A stretch of 64,000 nucleotides of DNA from Squalus acanthias (GCA_030390025.1 CM059432.1:32986001-33050000), one strand, 5' to 3'; positions 36,743 to 49,370 are shown, numbered from the stretch's first letter. Notes: a model not told the origin generated them from the sequence alone. Numbers and translations: made by a program.

Positions 36743-36960
36743 CTTCCCGCACACGAGAAGCATCCAGGATTTCCCACATGGCACAGGCTGTGCAATTCAC
36801 GGGACTGAGCTGCCCTGCCTTGTCTCTATATAAAATACTATGAACTACCTTGACAGAAATAAACTTAAAAACTTAACAAAAAACACTCACCAGCTACTCA
36901 CCAAGCAGCTCCCTTGTCACTTCTGAATTCTGACGTCGCTCCTGTGTTGAATTTCTCTTG
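36743..36960 (-). mobile_element. CR1 5' end / ORF1 N-terminal zinc-finger remnant
   Basis: Minus-strand AGQLSPVNCTACAMWEIL; possibly the 5' end of the older CR1 at 9740-24324. Confidence 0.6.
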
Positions 36961-37029
36961 CTGACTCTGCCTCTTGCAGGTCTGCCACTCCGCTTCGGTC
37001 CCAAGTGTCCTCTCTGCGCTCCTATTATC

Positions 37030-37355
37030 CTCCTCTCGCAGGTCTGCCCCTCAGCTCCGGCCCTTGAGCTTTGTTGGAACCGTGTAAGAGGTTGAGGATA
37101 GAGGTCAGAGAGAGTGGAGTGGAAAATTGAAGTGACAGGCGCCCAGAAGGTTGGGGTCACGCTTACGGACTGAAGGAAGGTGCTTACGCAAAGCGATCGC
37201 CCAATCTGCCTTTGGTCTCCCCAATGTAGAGGAGACCGCATAGTGAGCAGCGAATACAGTATACTGAATTGCAACAAGTACAAGTAAATCGCTGTTTCAC
37301 CTGGAGGGAGTGTTTGGGACCCTGGATAGTGGGAAGGGAGGAGGTAAAAGGGCAG
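37030..37355 (-). mobile_element. Penelope-like GIY-YIG fragment (second family)
   Basis: FTC...VYCIRCSLCGLLYIGETKGRLGDRF. Confidence 0.85.
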
Positions 37356-37714
37356 GGGGGAAAAATTAGGTCGCGCCCCATTTGGGGCGCAAATATCGTC
37401 TGGACGCAAATATTAGCGCCTGGCGCTAATTATCGCCACTGACTGGAAACTTCACTTTTACCGCCCCGGGAGGTGAGTGGAGCGCTAAATCAGGCACTGC
37501 ACACCTGTCTTAAGGCGCAAAGGCCGAGCAGTGAGGCGCTAACTCAGCGCGCGAGCGCAGCGCAACTGCTGCCAGTTAGCGAGGGAACACAGACACACTG
37601 GCGCCGGCCACTTCTTAAAGCGGGGGGGGCCAACTTGCTCCCCAGCCACACCCTGCTCATTGCAGCCTTGAATCTCGGCCTGGAGAGACCTGTGAATCCA
37701 TTTTGCTGCCAAGG

Positions 37715-39514
37715 ATGGAGAGGGTGAGAGAACGAGCTCATCGCTTCACCGAGCGGGCCTCGGATGCTCTGGTTGGCGCGGTGGAGCGCAGAAGATGTAT
37801 GCTGTTCCCTGAGAGTGGCAGGAGGCCTTTGCCACGCGAGTTCAGAAGAGTGTGGAGGGAGCTGGCTCAGAGCGTCTCCTCCAGGAGCATGGTGCCCAGG
37901 ACCCATGTTCAATGCAGCAAAAAGTTCAACGACCTCACTCGGGTCGTCAGGGTGAGTGGCTTTTTCTCAATACCTCTCCATCCCTCCATCTCAACCTCAC
38001 TCTATGGCCAGAGGGTCTTAAAACCCCAATGCACAACACTCATCCAACACCTATGGCCCTTTCATCAAACACACACACACATTCCAGACTTTGCATACAG
38101 TAAGGGCTATTCACCTATGGGAGGCACATCAGGCAAGACCATGGCTGCATACAGTAAGGGCTATTCACCTATGGGAGGCACATCAGGCAAGACCATGGCT
38201 GTATATTTACTCAGATGCTGTCCTTTTTCTTACAGGCCAAGCTGGCGCATAATCGGAGACAGCAGCAACGGACAGGTGGAGGGCGGCCTCAGCTGCAACC
38301 CCTCAGCGATCTTGAGCGCATCCACAGGATTGTGGCAAGCCGGGTGATCGGTCCCGTCGCCACTGGAGACGCCGACCCCGTTGTGGACAGCAATGGTAAG
38401 GTCATCACCTTTTTGTCCTCTGTCCTTCCACTTGTCCCTCACAACACCAGCCTTTGACACTTTCAATCCAACTTGCTAACTCGCTGCACTTATTCCTCCC
38501 TTACTGCCACCCTGTCCTCACGCTAAAGCCACTCTTGTACCTCCCTGCTTTCAGATGGTGATTCACCAGCTGAGGAGACGGGCCCTGAAGCTGCCACTGG
38601 GAGTGAAGCTGCAGCCGAGGAGGAAGAGGAAGCCGGAGCATCAGTGCCACCCTCTCCCGAGGAAGCCCATGCCCACACTGGGAACACGCCTTCCCTGGAG
38701 GGGAGCAGGGGGGAAGGGTCTGATGAGGGTGAAGCTCCAGGACCCAGCGGGCTGCAGCAACGCCATGGGGGTAGGGAAGAACGGGGGCCTTCTCCCCAGA
38801 GGGAGAGTATGCCAGACACTCCTACTGCAATGGACGCAGAGGAGGAGCGGCTGATTGCAGAAATGAACACCCAGGCGGTGGGCATGCACACTGAGCTCAT
38901 GGGTGCAGTGGGAAGGGTGCCCGAATGCATTGAGTCACTGGCAAGGAGTGTGGAGCACTTCGCTGTAGCACAGGTGGATGCCACACTAACGCTTAGTGCT
39001 GCAATTCAGTCACTGGCTGCCGTGATCCCATCTCTGACTGCTCTCATGCAGACTCAGATTGAGGCCACGCGAGCACAGACTGCTGTCAACCTCGATGGTT
39101 CGTGCACATGTCCCCGGGGCTGTCACCGCGCCGCAGCAGGCCAGCAATCTGTTCTCCGGCAGATTGCTCCGGATGCTGAAGTGCTGCCCCGTGGGAGTGC
39201 CAGTGTGTCGGGCGAGCAGGGAGTTGCTGTCCTCTCTCACGATGACAGAATTCCTGCTGCCAACACTGTCACTTCTCCACTGCACTTGCCACCGCCTGTA
39301 GGACAGACTGCTGCCGCCCATGCAGAGTTGGTGCAGTCTGCAGCCGGGCCCTCCAGGCCCAGAACTGGTCGAGGCCGTCCTTCAGGGGCATCTGCAGTGT
39401 CAGGGTCTGACGAGCAGCAGCCTTCCACCAGCCTTGCTGCAGCCACTGAGGTCCCATTACGGAGGAGCAGTAGGGTTAGAAGGGGGGAAGTGCGCAAGGG
39501 AAGGAGATCACCCT
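37715..39514 (+). CDS. Harbinger-A2 Myb/SANT-like gene (3 exons; extreme C-terminus interrupted by Gypsy-B)
   Basis: MERVRERAHRF...WRELAQSV..QCSKKFNDL; GT-AG introns; long open last exon. Confidence 0.75.
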
Positions 39515-42500
39515 TGTCGTAAGAATGAGCCTTACGCGTGGTGAACTTAAAGTAAGCTTTAATCAACTAAAAAGGTGCTCCATACAAAAGAGGTCTTACT
39601 CTATGCCTCTCCAGGATCCAACTGATCAGCCCAGTATTTATCCTGGACTAATCACAGGAAGTGATGTAATAAAGTTCGAGTCACAGGAAGCTGTATTGTG
39701 TTACCACATTCTCCCTCCATTTCGTAGCCGCTGGACGAGGGAGAGTCGCACCCGTTTGGGTTCTCGTAGCGGTAGAGGGCCCCTAGCCCGTTTACCCGCC
39801 GCGGGCCGTGGACCAGAGTCCGAGTGATCCAGCCCGCTCTGTGAGGGGTCAGGACGATCCTGACTGTGTACTGGTGCCCGAACGGGTGTCGGGCAGGGCT
39901 GTGGCAGATCCGTTTCCGAGCGTATGGTACGGGGTGGATCGTGGCTGCGCGTGCGAGTCCCGATGGGCTCATCGTCAGTCTGCCCCAGGTCGGCACGCTG
40001 GAGTGAGGTACCAGCCGGCGTCAGATCCAGATCGTGATGAGAGGCACCTGGCGAGCCCAGAGATGTGCCTGGTACAATATCATCCCCTGGTGTCCCTCTA
40101 TGTTTCGGCGGGCAGGGAGCCAGATCCCGCAATGACACGGTAGATTCCCGACCGTCAGGATACCGAATATAGGCGTAGGTAGGGTTGACGTCAGTGAGCT
40201 CAACCTCATCTACCAGGGGGTCATTCTTAGACGCCCGAACATATCTTCGGAGTAGCACTGGTCCCGGTGCAGTCAGCCATGACGGGAGAGATATCCCATA
40301 GGATGAGCGACGCTGAAAACGGAAGAACCGTTCATGAGGCGTCGTATTTGTGGCGGTCGAAAGGAGGGACCGTGTGGAGTGTAATGCGTCTGGAAGTACT
40401 GCTTCCCATTGCTGGTTGGGTAGGCCCCGAGATCTCAAAGCCAGACGTAACGCATTCCAGATGATAGCGTTAAAACGCTCGACTTGCCCATTCCCGACCG
40501 GATGATAAGGCGTCGTTCTGCTGGCAGCAATACCCCGTTCCGAGAGATAGGCCTTGAGTTCTCCTGACATAAAAGAAGGGCCCCGATCCGAATGAACATA
40601 GGATGCCATGCCACAGAAAGCAAATACCTGCTCAAGGCAGCTGATAACCGTGGTCGTCAGCATATTGGGGCAGGGAAAGGCAAATGGAAAATGGGAATAC
40701 TCATCGACCATGGTCAATAGATAAGTGTTGCGAGTTGAAGAGGGCAACGGCCCCTTAAAATCGATGCTAAGCCGTTGCATTGGCTGGGTCGCATGTATGA
40801 GTATACCACCCGAGGGGCGGAAAAACTGAGGTTTCAATTCCGCACAGACTCTGCAGTCCGAGCACATCTTCTTTACATCCCCGGTAGAGAATGGGAGATT
40901 TCGGGACCGCACGAAGTGTAGCATGCGAGTAACGCCCGGATGACACAACCCATCATGGATGTCTACGAGCGTAGAGGGTGCCATGGCGGAGCAGAATGCT
41001 CGTGTGAGGGTATCCGGAGCCACATTCTCCTTGCCAGGTCGATAGTGGATGGTGTAACCAAAAGAGGCCAATTCCAGCCGCCAAAGCTGGATTTTATTAT
41101 TTTTAATTTTGGTCCGTTTTCGATTATCGAGCATGAAGGCGACCGATCGCTGGTCCGTGATTAAGGTAAAGTGCTGGCGAGCTAGGAGATGACTCCACTT
41201 CCGTACTGCCTCTATGATGGCTGTAGCTTCTTTCTCGACTGGAGGATAATGTAGCTCAGCCCCTTGAAAAGTCCTGGACAAAAATGCCACCGGACGACCT
41301 TCCTGATTCAGAGTGGCCGAGATCGCCACCTCCGAGGCATCACACTCAACAACAAAAGGAAGACTCTCATCGATGGAGTGAAGAGCCGCTTTCTCCAACT
41401 GTTTTTTCAGGAGGTTAAAGGCTGCAACAGCCGCTGTGTCTAGTGGGAATGTGCTGGCCTTCAGTAGAGGTTGGATTCGGTCCGAGAAGTTAGGAATCCA
41501 TTTAGCATAGTATGCAAACAGGCCGAGGGCCCGGCGCAAGGAGGCCGGATTCTTAGGTGGCGGGAGTTCTTGGAGTGGGCGAAGCCTTTCAGGGTCAGGT
41601 TTAATGATGCCATTGCCCACACAATAGCCAAGGATGTTGATGGTTGGTTGTGACTCAATGGATTTAGCCGCATTTAATGTCAAATTACGGTGCTGGAGTG
41701 CATCCCAAAATCGTTGGAGATTGGCGTCATGTTCCCGCTGATTGCGACCTGCGACAGTAATATTGTCCAGATAAGGAAACGTATCCTTCAAGTCTTCCTG
41801 TTTGACCAGGTCATCCATTGCTCGCTGGAAGACAGCCACTCCATTAGTGACCCCAAAGGGGAGGCGACGAAATTGATACAGCCGTCCATTGGCTTCAAAG
41901 GCCGTATACTGCTTGTCTGAGACCTTCAAGGGTACCTGATGATAGGCACTTTTCAGATCATATGTTGAGAACACCGTGTACTCAGCCAGTTTATTAACCA
42001 TATCATCGATGCGCGGCAATGGGTATGCGTCCAAGTCCGTATATTGATTGATGGTCTGTGAATAGTCAATGCACAGCCGTTTCTTGTGAGGTTGTAGAGG
42101 GTTCTTAACAATAATGACCTGGGCGCGCCATGGCGACGAACAAGGCTCGATGATATCCTCTGCTAGAAGCCGAGAAATCTCAGCCGCAATAAAAGACTGG
42201 TCTTCCTGACTGAAACGTCGTGACTGTGTTATAATCGGTTTGCATCGAGGAGGGATACTGGTAAACAGTGAGGGTTCATCCAGTGAAGCTGCTGACAATG
42301 CACAGAACGGTAATCGAGGTCGTATATTAGAAATAGTGAGTTCAGGTTTGGATCCGCCGAACTCAATGGTGAGCTTCTTATGCTGCTTTTGAAAATCCAG
42401 CCCTCAGATAAGATCACTACATAAGTCCTTGAGCACCGAAAGCCGGGTGAAGGGATACCTGTGACCATTAAGTGTTATTTCAACCATACAAAAGCCAGAA

Positions 42501-43922
42501 ATTCTGGTATTAAGTGATGACTGAGCCATCGCAATTGCCTGGTCCGATGGGAAAACATGTAGCTTTAACTCTGCAACAATCTGTTCCCTAATGAAACTAT
42601 CAGTGCTACCTGAGTCAATTAAGGCATCTAAAGTATGTCCATTAATTGATGCTTTTGTAGCTGCATGGAATAGGTTCTGAGGACAAGCAGCTGTAATTGG
42701 TGGTGGTGCACAAAGAGTGGCTGAAACTCTAGGTGTGTTTCTTCGAGAGAAAACCCGAGAGGAAGCACGATAGATTTTAGCCGGAACATCTTGATAGGCC
42801 CGTACCGGGGCAGTTCGGTAGGACTTAGCTTGATAAGCCCTCGTAGAGGCTCTTGATAGGCAAACTTTTGCAAAATGACCCTTTTTGTTGCAATGACTGC
42901 AAAACGCATTGTGAGCAGGGCAGAATTTCCGAGGGTGAAACTCATCACCACAAAAGAAGCATTTCTTAGATTGCCAAGAGGCTGCCACAGTGGGGTCATC
43001 ATCCTCTTCATCAGTGAAGTCATTAGATTGATCGTCGGGGATAAAGTCCTCCTAATAGAGTTCACCTGTGGCCTCTTAAATTGCCTGACTGTAGTTAAGG
43101 CAGCAGACCGAGGTCTGGGCACTGTATAAAGGTCTGCATTTCTTTTTGCCAGATCTAGAGAGCAAGCCATGTCATAAGCTCTCTGAAGCTCAAGTGTCTT
43201 ACTTTCCAGTAGACGCTGGCGTATAAATGGGGAGGCAAGCCCGCAGATGAAAGCATCATGGATCATTTCTTCACGGTACAGCTCAGCTGAGGCCGCCTGA
43301 AAGTTACAGTCCATACTAAGTCTGCGAAGCTCTTGGAGGAATTTATCAATGGATTCCTCCGGCCCTTGTTGGGCTGCAGCTAGTAGATGTCTGGCATAGA
43401 CCTCATTCGGTGTCTTAGTATATAGTCTTTTAAGCGTCCGAATTGCCTTCTCGTAACTGCCCCATTCCTCGACATACTGAAATACATTCGGGGTGACACA
43501 GTTGATGAGTATCCGCAATTTTGAGTCATCATCAGCCTTGCAATATTCGAGAAAATTGTCAAACGTGCGATACCAGTGTTTCCACACCTTACCGGCTGCT
43601 GGGGTGTTTGGGTCCAAGTCAAGACGCGATGGTTTAAGGATGTTTTCCATGATGGGTGATTCCCTGGATCCTTAGTTCCGAGTTCGTCCAAAAAGTTTGA
43701 GTGCGAAGTTTTTCAAAGTTGATTAAATTGTCGTAAGAATGAGCCTTACGCGTGGTGAACTTAAAGTAAGCTTTAATCAACTAAAAAGGTGCTACATACA
43801 AAAGAGGTCTTACTCTATGCCTCTCCAGGATCCAACTGATCAGCCCAGTATTTATCCTGGACTAATCACAGGAAGTGATGTAATAAAGTTTGAGTCACAG
43901 GAAGCTGTATTGTGTTACCACA
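39515..43922 (-). mobile_element. Gypsy-B: full-length Ty3/Gypsy element, same lineage as Gypsy-A
   Basis: 194-bp LTRs (39515-39708, 43729-43922) differing at 2 positions; TSD ACCCT. Confidence 0.97.
39701..43650 (-). pseudogene. gag-pol: Gypsy-B gag-pol (frameshift near 43050, stop at 42404; RT-RNase H-IN open for 865 aa)
   Basis: MENILKPSRLDLDPN, CSHCNKKGHFAKVC, LIDSGS, YLDN, IDFKGP. Confidence 0.92.
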
Positions 43923-44236
43923 ACCCTCGAAGGGCAAAAAGTAGGAGGTGTGACCAAATGCTGGTCATTTTTTTATTAAAGGTCGAGATTCATGGTCCAA
44001 CTTTTGTTTAGTGTTTTGGACATTATCTACAGGTTGTGAGAACCAGTTATGTTATTGACTTTTTTTGTGTTTATTTCTATGAGTTTGTCATGAGGAATTG
44101 ACACACACACAGTTTGAAAAATAAATAAGTTTCTGTATTCAAAATATACATGGCTGGTGGTTGGAATTATTGGTGCCTTGGCCGGCTTAGGGGTTGCGTG
44201 CTGGGTTGATTAATGTTGGTAGCAATGGCAGGGGCC

Positions 44237-45398
44237 CTAGAAGCGGCTTGCTATTAGCCGTTGACGGACGGCCCTTGCAGTTTGACCATTGTGGGCCGCC
44301 CTCCCGCCTTGGTGCTGCTGATGATCATCGTCCTCGTCCTCTTCCTCCTCTTCTTCCTCCTCCTCCTCTGGTGGTGCTACAAGGCCTGGTGGCATTGGCT
44401 TGGTCCTGAGGATTGCCATGTTGTGCAACATGCAGCACACGACTACAAAGTTCGATACTTGCTCAGGCGAGTACTGCAGGGCTCCTCCGGAATGGTCCAG
44501 ACAGCGGAACCGTTGTTTCAGCACGCCGATTGTGCGCTCAATAATGTTCCTGGTTGCTTGATGGCTTTCATTGTACCGCAGCTCAGCAGGGGTGTTTGGC
44601 GTACGGAGCGGTGTCATCAGCCAGGTGCTCAATGCGTACCCCTTGTCCCCCAGAAGCCAACCAACTGGCTGATGCGGTGCCTCAAAGTTCTGCCACAGTA
44701 GTCTGGCGCAGGATAAAAGCAGCGTGGCAGCTGCCAGGATAGTGGGCATTGACGGCGAGTATCAGCTGTCTGTGGTCACAGACCAACTGGACATTCAAGG
44801 AATGGAACCCCTTTCTGTTCCTGAATTCCTCTGCATTCTCACGCAGAGCACGCAAAGCCACATGCGTGCAGTCAATGGCGCCCTGCACCATGGGGAAGCC
44901 CGCTACCCTCGCAAAGCCCAGAGCGCGGTCACGCTGCTCGTCTGGGGTCATAGGGAAAGAGATGAACTCTCGTCTCCTTCTGAAGAGGGCATTTGTGACC
45001 TGCCGGATGCAGCGATGCACCGCGAACTGGGAGATATTGGCGAGGTCCCCAACAGCAGCTTGGAATGAGCCAGTGGCGTAGAAGTTCAAAGCCACTGTGA
45101 CCTTCACTGCCACCGACAGAGACGTCCTGGACCTCAGTTGAGGCTGCAGATCTGGCTGCAGCAGGTGGCAGAGCTCAGTGACCACCTCCTTGCTGAATCG
45201 CAGCCTTCGCAAACACAGCTCCTCGGACATATGGATGTCGGAGAGCTGTTCACGATATACCCTGGGAGGGTAAGCTCTCCTGTACATGCGCCTGATGGCC
45301 CTCCTCCGTCTGGCCATCATTGCCACTCTCTCTCTGCGTCTCTGTATCCTCCGATTCAGCTGGAGCAGGACGACGCCCCCAATCAGTGCAGCCCCCAT
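44237..45398 (-). CDS. Harbinger-A2 transposase, same frameshift as A1 (~44682)
   Basis: Same motifs as A1; PGSCHD changed to PGSCHA. Confidence 0.88.
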
Positions 45399-45498
45399 AT
45401 TCTCTTTGCAAGAAAAGTAATGAGGGACAGCAACTAAAGTAGCAACAAAGTTAGGATGAATAGGCAAAACTACCTCACAAAGCGTTGAGTCAATGTAG

Positions 45499-45559
<61 letters not shown>

Positions 45560-46028
45560 AACGAGTGGTGCATAAATGTCGACCACAGAAAAAGACAGGA
45601 AGAGGCCCCCTTTAAATAGCGCCCCCCCCAGCCCCACAGCGATTGATAGCGTTCCAGTCTTCCGGTCGTTGGAAGCGCCAGACGGTAAGGCAGGGGGCGC
45701 CACTCAATTTCCGCTCCGGGGCGCCCCAAGGGCGTTGCACCATGGAATGACGTCATAATCTGCGCGCGCAGGTGGTCGCAGCGGTAAGTTTTAGCGCCGC
45801 CGCACAATCTCTAGTTAAGTTCTCGAGCGGCGCAAACATCGCTGCGCCCGGGCGTTAGCGGCTTTGCGCCCCATTAGCGCCCTCTTAAGGCGCTAACGGG
45901 AGGCGCAACCAACTGAATTTTTACCCCGTAGAGTTCCAAACTTAATTACAGTTTCTAAGAAAAATCACGATCGATTACAACACTTCCGAGGCGCACGTGG
46001 AAAACGGGAGTGACGCCATTTTGTCTGT

Positions 46029-48380
46029 TTACGCGGTGCTTTCATCGTGCACGCGCACGTAACGTTCTCGCCACTCTCCCGTGTTTTCGTTCTTGGTGAG
46101 GCGTTTGCCTCTCTTACAATGCACGACCAATAAGTATATCACAATAAACACTTGGCATACAACTAAAATGTGGGAGGCTATTCTAATCCAGGAAGGCACT
46201 TCAATGTTGGTGAACAGATTCCACCACGGTGGAATTACTATGTCCAGAATTTCTGTCCCTATCTCGACAGTCTTTTGTTCTAGGGTGTAAAAATGTTTTT
46301 GCGATACCGCGACGGCTTTCAAAAGCTTGGTGAGGTGTTCAGGGAGAGGGGGAATGAGGTATCCGAAATGCGCGACGAATCGCTGCAGGTCGGTGAAGTT
46401 CTCTTTTACGGTAAGATGAACCGTGGATGGTTCAGGGATTGGGACAATTCGCTGTTGTGCTACTTGAACTTCCGTCCTGGGTTTGAAACAGAAACTGCTG
46501 TCACTCACCGGACACCGGCTACGGTTTCCATGTTGGTAGTGTTGCGCTGCAGTGGTAACACAATATGTTCCACCCCCGATGTATGCTACCTGCGGAGGCA
46601 CATGATCTTGTGCCATTGCCTCCATGGTGCAATTCATGGGCTTGGCGCCAGCCGTTCTGAACCCGCACTGTGGTGTTAAAAAGGCATTCAAGTGCTGGGG
46701 ACACAGTATTATGTGTGCTCCCCGGCCACGACAACCAGAGAGATCTGTACCTGTCATCGTTTGCTCCCAGCGGATGACGTAAGGTGGAACCGCTGCACAG
46801 CGAATGTGGGCTCCCCCCTGAATGACACCAATGTTCTCTACCCGATACACCGGGGCGGGCTTTGTTGTGTCGCCCAAAACCGGCATACGTAATACTATAC
46901 CCATGATGGTATGGTTTGATCGTCCGCAGTCCACGGGGACTGGGTATGCTTCTGAAGCTAGTCTGAGCTGGCACGGGTTTAATGCGTTCTGAAAAGGGTG
47001 GAGCGCCTGCAGGTGTTTGTTACTTATCCAGGACGGGACCAAACCTTGTTTTAAATCCTCCAAATTACTGCGGCCCTCGCCCAGTAACCACGCCCCGTAA
47101 AGCACGCACACCTCATTCTGCGCAGCCTGATCGGACGCATTCCGATCTTCCCTAATCAGGGCATTGACCGTACGCGCATGTTTCTCTAGTTCGGCTATTA
47201 TTTCTTTTAAATGGAGAGTCATGGCCTGGTCCTCGTGTAACCCAGACCCAACCACCTTATTTTCATCTGTGAGAATGCTTTTTAATTGCGTTTTTAAGCC
47301 ATTAATCTGGGTCTGCAGCTCCACGCTGTCTAGAGCGTTGACCACAGATGTACCTGTATTGAAAGCAGTGAACACGTCGTTCACAACACCCCTTCTTTGC
47401 CTCCCCACCTGACCCAAAACTTCATGTGGTGCGGTGTACAAACTTGTTTTATCAATTTCCGCGAAATCGAACTCATAAAATTGTCTAAACATCTTGGTCA
47501 ACAGGACCTGATATAACTGTTCCGTCTTTTTGGGGCACCACTCTGGTAACCGCACCTCGGTGAGATTTAAAATCACCGAGGCCACCGCGTAATGTACCCC
47601 CTGAAATAGTATCTGGTCTGTGGGGACCAGTATCAAACCATTCCCGGGTCCCTTACTGGTTTTAGGGCACCCTTCTTCCTTCGCTAGAACCACCGGAATC
47701 GTGGGCGGGGCTTTGCGTGGGCGCGTAATGAGTTCAGTGGCATTTACCGGGATCAGAGAGTATGGGGCTCCGCACCCACTGGTGCTCGCATCCCACCTCA
47801 TCCCCTGTCCGTTATCCTGCCATTGATTGATGAAAAATATGGAGATGCCTTTGGGGCAAACGTGCTTTGACCCCCACATACATACATAAATTCCCTCATC
47901 CGGTTCCCACCATTTGTCCCAACAGACTCTCACTTGTCCGTTTGTCCCCGTAATTGTCCGATGGGTATTATTACCCAGTCGCTCCCACTCGACCGAAGAG
48001 TTCCTCATGTTTTTGCTCAGCTTTCGTAGCCACCACCATCGGCTCAATGGGACATTCCCAGTACAAGTCAAACAAATTCGTTTGCCGACGGTGACGCTGA
48101 CTCTGGGTGCGATGATCCTTACTTTGGGGCACATTAAAGAAGTCTCTTTGTAGGCAAAACCCGATGTACTGGAATACTCAGTTGAATTTGTTCCCAGCCA
48201 TCCTGGCCACCTTCCCTTGTGGAAATAGGTGGTGGTCTCCTCAGCCTCTCGCCTTCCGGTCCCATCCACCGCGATGGGGGCCGTGTCCCCGGAGCATCCA
48301 AACACCACGACATCCTTGGTGCGGCCTCGATAGGCCAATCCACATCCGATTGCCGCGAGCAATACTAGAATTCGTTCCAT
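46029..48380 (-). CDS. env: Envelope glycoprotein, 783 aa from Met 48380, class I fusion protein
   Basis: Signal peptide MERILVLLAAIGCGLA; furin site RQRR (47391-47402) followed by a fusion-peptide/heptad region; Cys-rich ectodomain; TM ~46125-46190; candidate splice acceptor CAG at 48394-48396. Confidence 0.9.
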   Translation of the reverse strand: MERILVLLAAIGCGLAYRGRTKDVVVFGCSGDTAPIAVDGTGRREAEETTTYFHKGRWPGWLGTNSTEYSSTSGFAYKETSLMCPKVRIIAPRVSVTVGKRICLTCTGNVPLSRWWWLRKLSKNMRNSSVEWERLGNNTHRTITGTNGQVRVCWDKWWEPDEGIYVCMWGSKHVCPKGISIFFINQWQDNGQGMRWDASTSGCGAPYSLIPVNATELITRPRKAPPTIPVVLAKEEGCPKTSKGPGNGLILVPTDQILFQGVHYAVASVILNLTEVRLPEWCPKKTEQLYQVLLTKMFRQFYEFDFAEIDKTSLYTAPHEVLGQVGRQRRGVVNDVFTAFNTGTSVVNALDSVELQTQINGLKTQLKSILTDENKVVGSGLHEDQAMTLHLKEIIAELEKHARTVNALIREDRNASDQAAQNEVCVLYGAWLLGEGRSNLEDLKQGLVPSWISNKHLQALHPFQNALNPCQLRLASEAYPVPVDCGRSNHTIMGIVLRMPVLGDTTKPAPVYRVENIGVIQGGAHIRCAAVPPYVIRWEQTMTGTDLSGCRGRGAHIILCPQHLNAFLTPQCGFRTAGAKPMNCTMEAMAQDHVPPQVAYIGGGTYCVTTAAQHYQHGNRSRCPVSDSSFCFKPRTEVQVAQQRIVPIPEPSTVHLTVKENFTDLQRFVAHFGYLIPPLPEHLTKLLKAVAVSQKHFYTLEQKTVEIGTEILDIVIPPWWNLFTNIEVPSWIRIASHILVVCQVFIVIYLLVVHCKRGKRLTKNENTGEWRERYVRVHDESTA

Positions 48381-48687
48381 CCTTCCTTGGTTCCTGTGAT
48401 CAGATAGAATGAGGTAGCCAGCCTCCCAAGAGTCTCTGGCTTTTGTGAAGGGTGAGCGGGTCCCCTGACCTCGCCTCACGTAAGAAGACATGTGCGCTGG
48501 ATAGACTTTAACTATTCCTATCTCTAAAAACTCCCATCATTTTACCTCTTTCTGTTAAACAAAATTAAACTACCGACTTAGCCCGATTTAAAACTATAAA
48601 CTTATAAACCTGATTTAAAACTATAATCTTATAAACTCATCCTACACTTATCACTGTACAGCGCCGCCCGTTCCCAGGGCGGCCTAC

Positions 48688-49370
48688 TCAAATTCTGCGG
48701 TCGCTGCCGCAGGCTTCTCCCAACGGTGGGAGGGCATTGACCCCTCCCTTTGATCTGCCGCAGCCTGTTGCTGCTGCGCTGCGACTGGACTCTCCCTGGG
48801 CTGCCTTAGCCTTGAACCTACGCCTTGGGACACTCTGGGGACTTGACCATATCTTCCTGGGCTGGGGTATCCGACTTGACCTACGGAGAGCTACCGGGGG
48901 CAGGAACTCCAGGACCGACGGACCGGGTTCCGAGACTTCCACCGTTGCGACCTGTGGTCCTACCACAGCCGCTGGCTCCGCCTCCCCTGACTCCGCCTCC
49001 CTGAACTCGGGATCTGCAGCTTGTGTCACCGCCCTACTTGGCCCAGTAGGCGGCCCTTCACTCGCAGTCCCTACCTCCCTCGAGGGCAAGACGTTCAAGG
49101 CGGGCGGCTCGGGCTCTGAGGCTTCCATCGCCACGCCCTGTGGTCCCACCACAGCGGCTGGCTCCACCTCCCCTAGCTCCGCCCCCCTGCGTTCGGGACC
49201 TGCAGCTTCGGCCTCCACCCTGTGGATCTCTATCTGCAGCCCCTGTCTCCCCTATACCTGAATCGGGGGCGACCCTTTCGTCCTCCGATTCCAGCTCCTC
49301 CTCGCTTGTGTCACTATCTTCGTCGAGCTCCTCGAACTCTTCCTCATCTGACTCCCAACCCCAATAAAAT
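48688..49370 (-). other. Acidic, low-complexity coding stretch between integrase and env
   Basis: ESDEEEFEELDEDSD..., duplicated EPAAVVGPQ unit, LRRSSRIPQPR; frames broken. Confidence 0.5.

Larger units (their letters stand above)
37356..45927. mobile_element. Harbinger-A2 containing Gypsy-B
   Basis: Colinear with 13459-17885; TIRs GGGGGAAAAATT / GGGGTAAAAATT; flanks CAG and GTA do not form a TSD. Confidence 0.95.

Noticed and set aside
45928..46100. 3' LTR of the provirus
   Set aside because: Only short motifs (CAGACAARATGGCG, AGAACGTT) resemble the 5' LTR; no continuous match.
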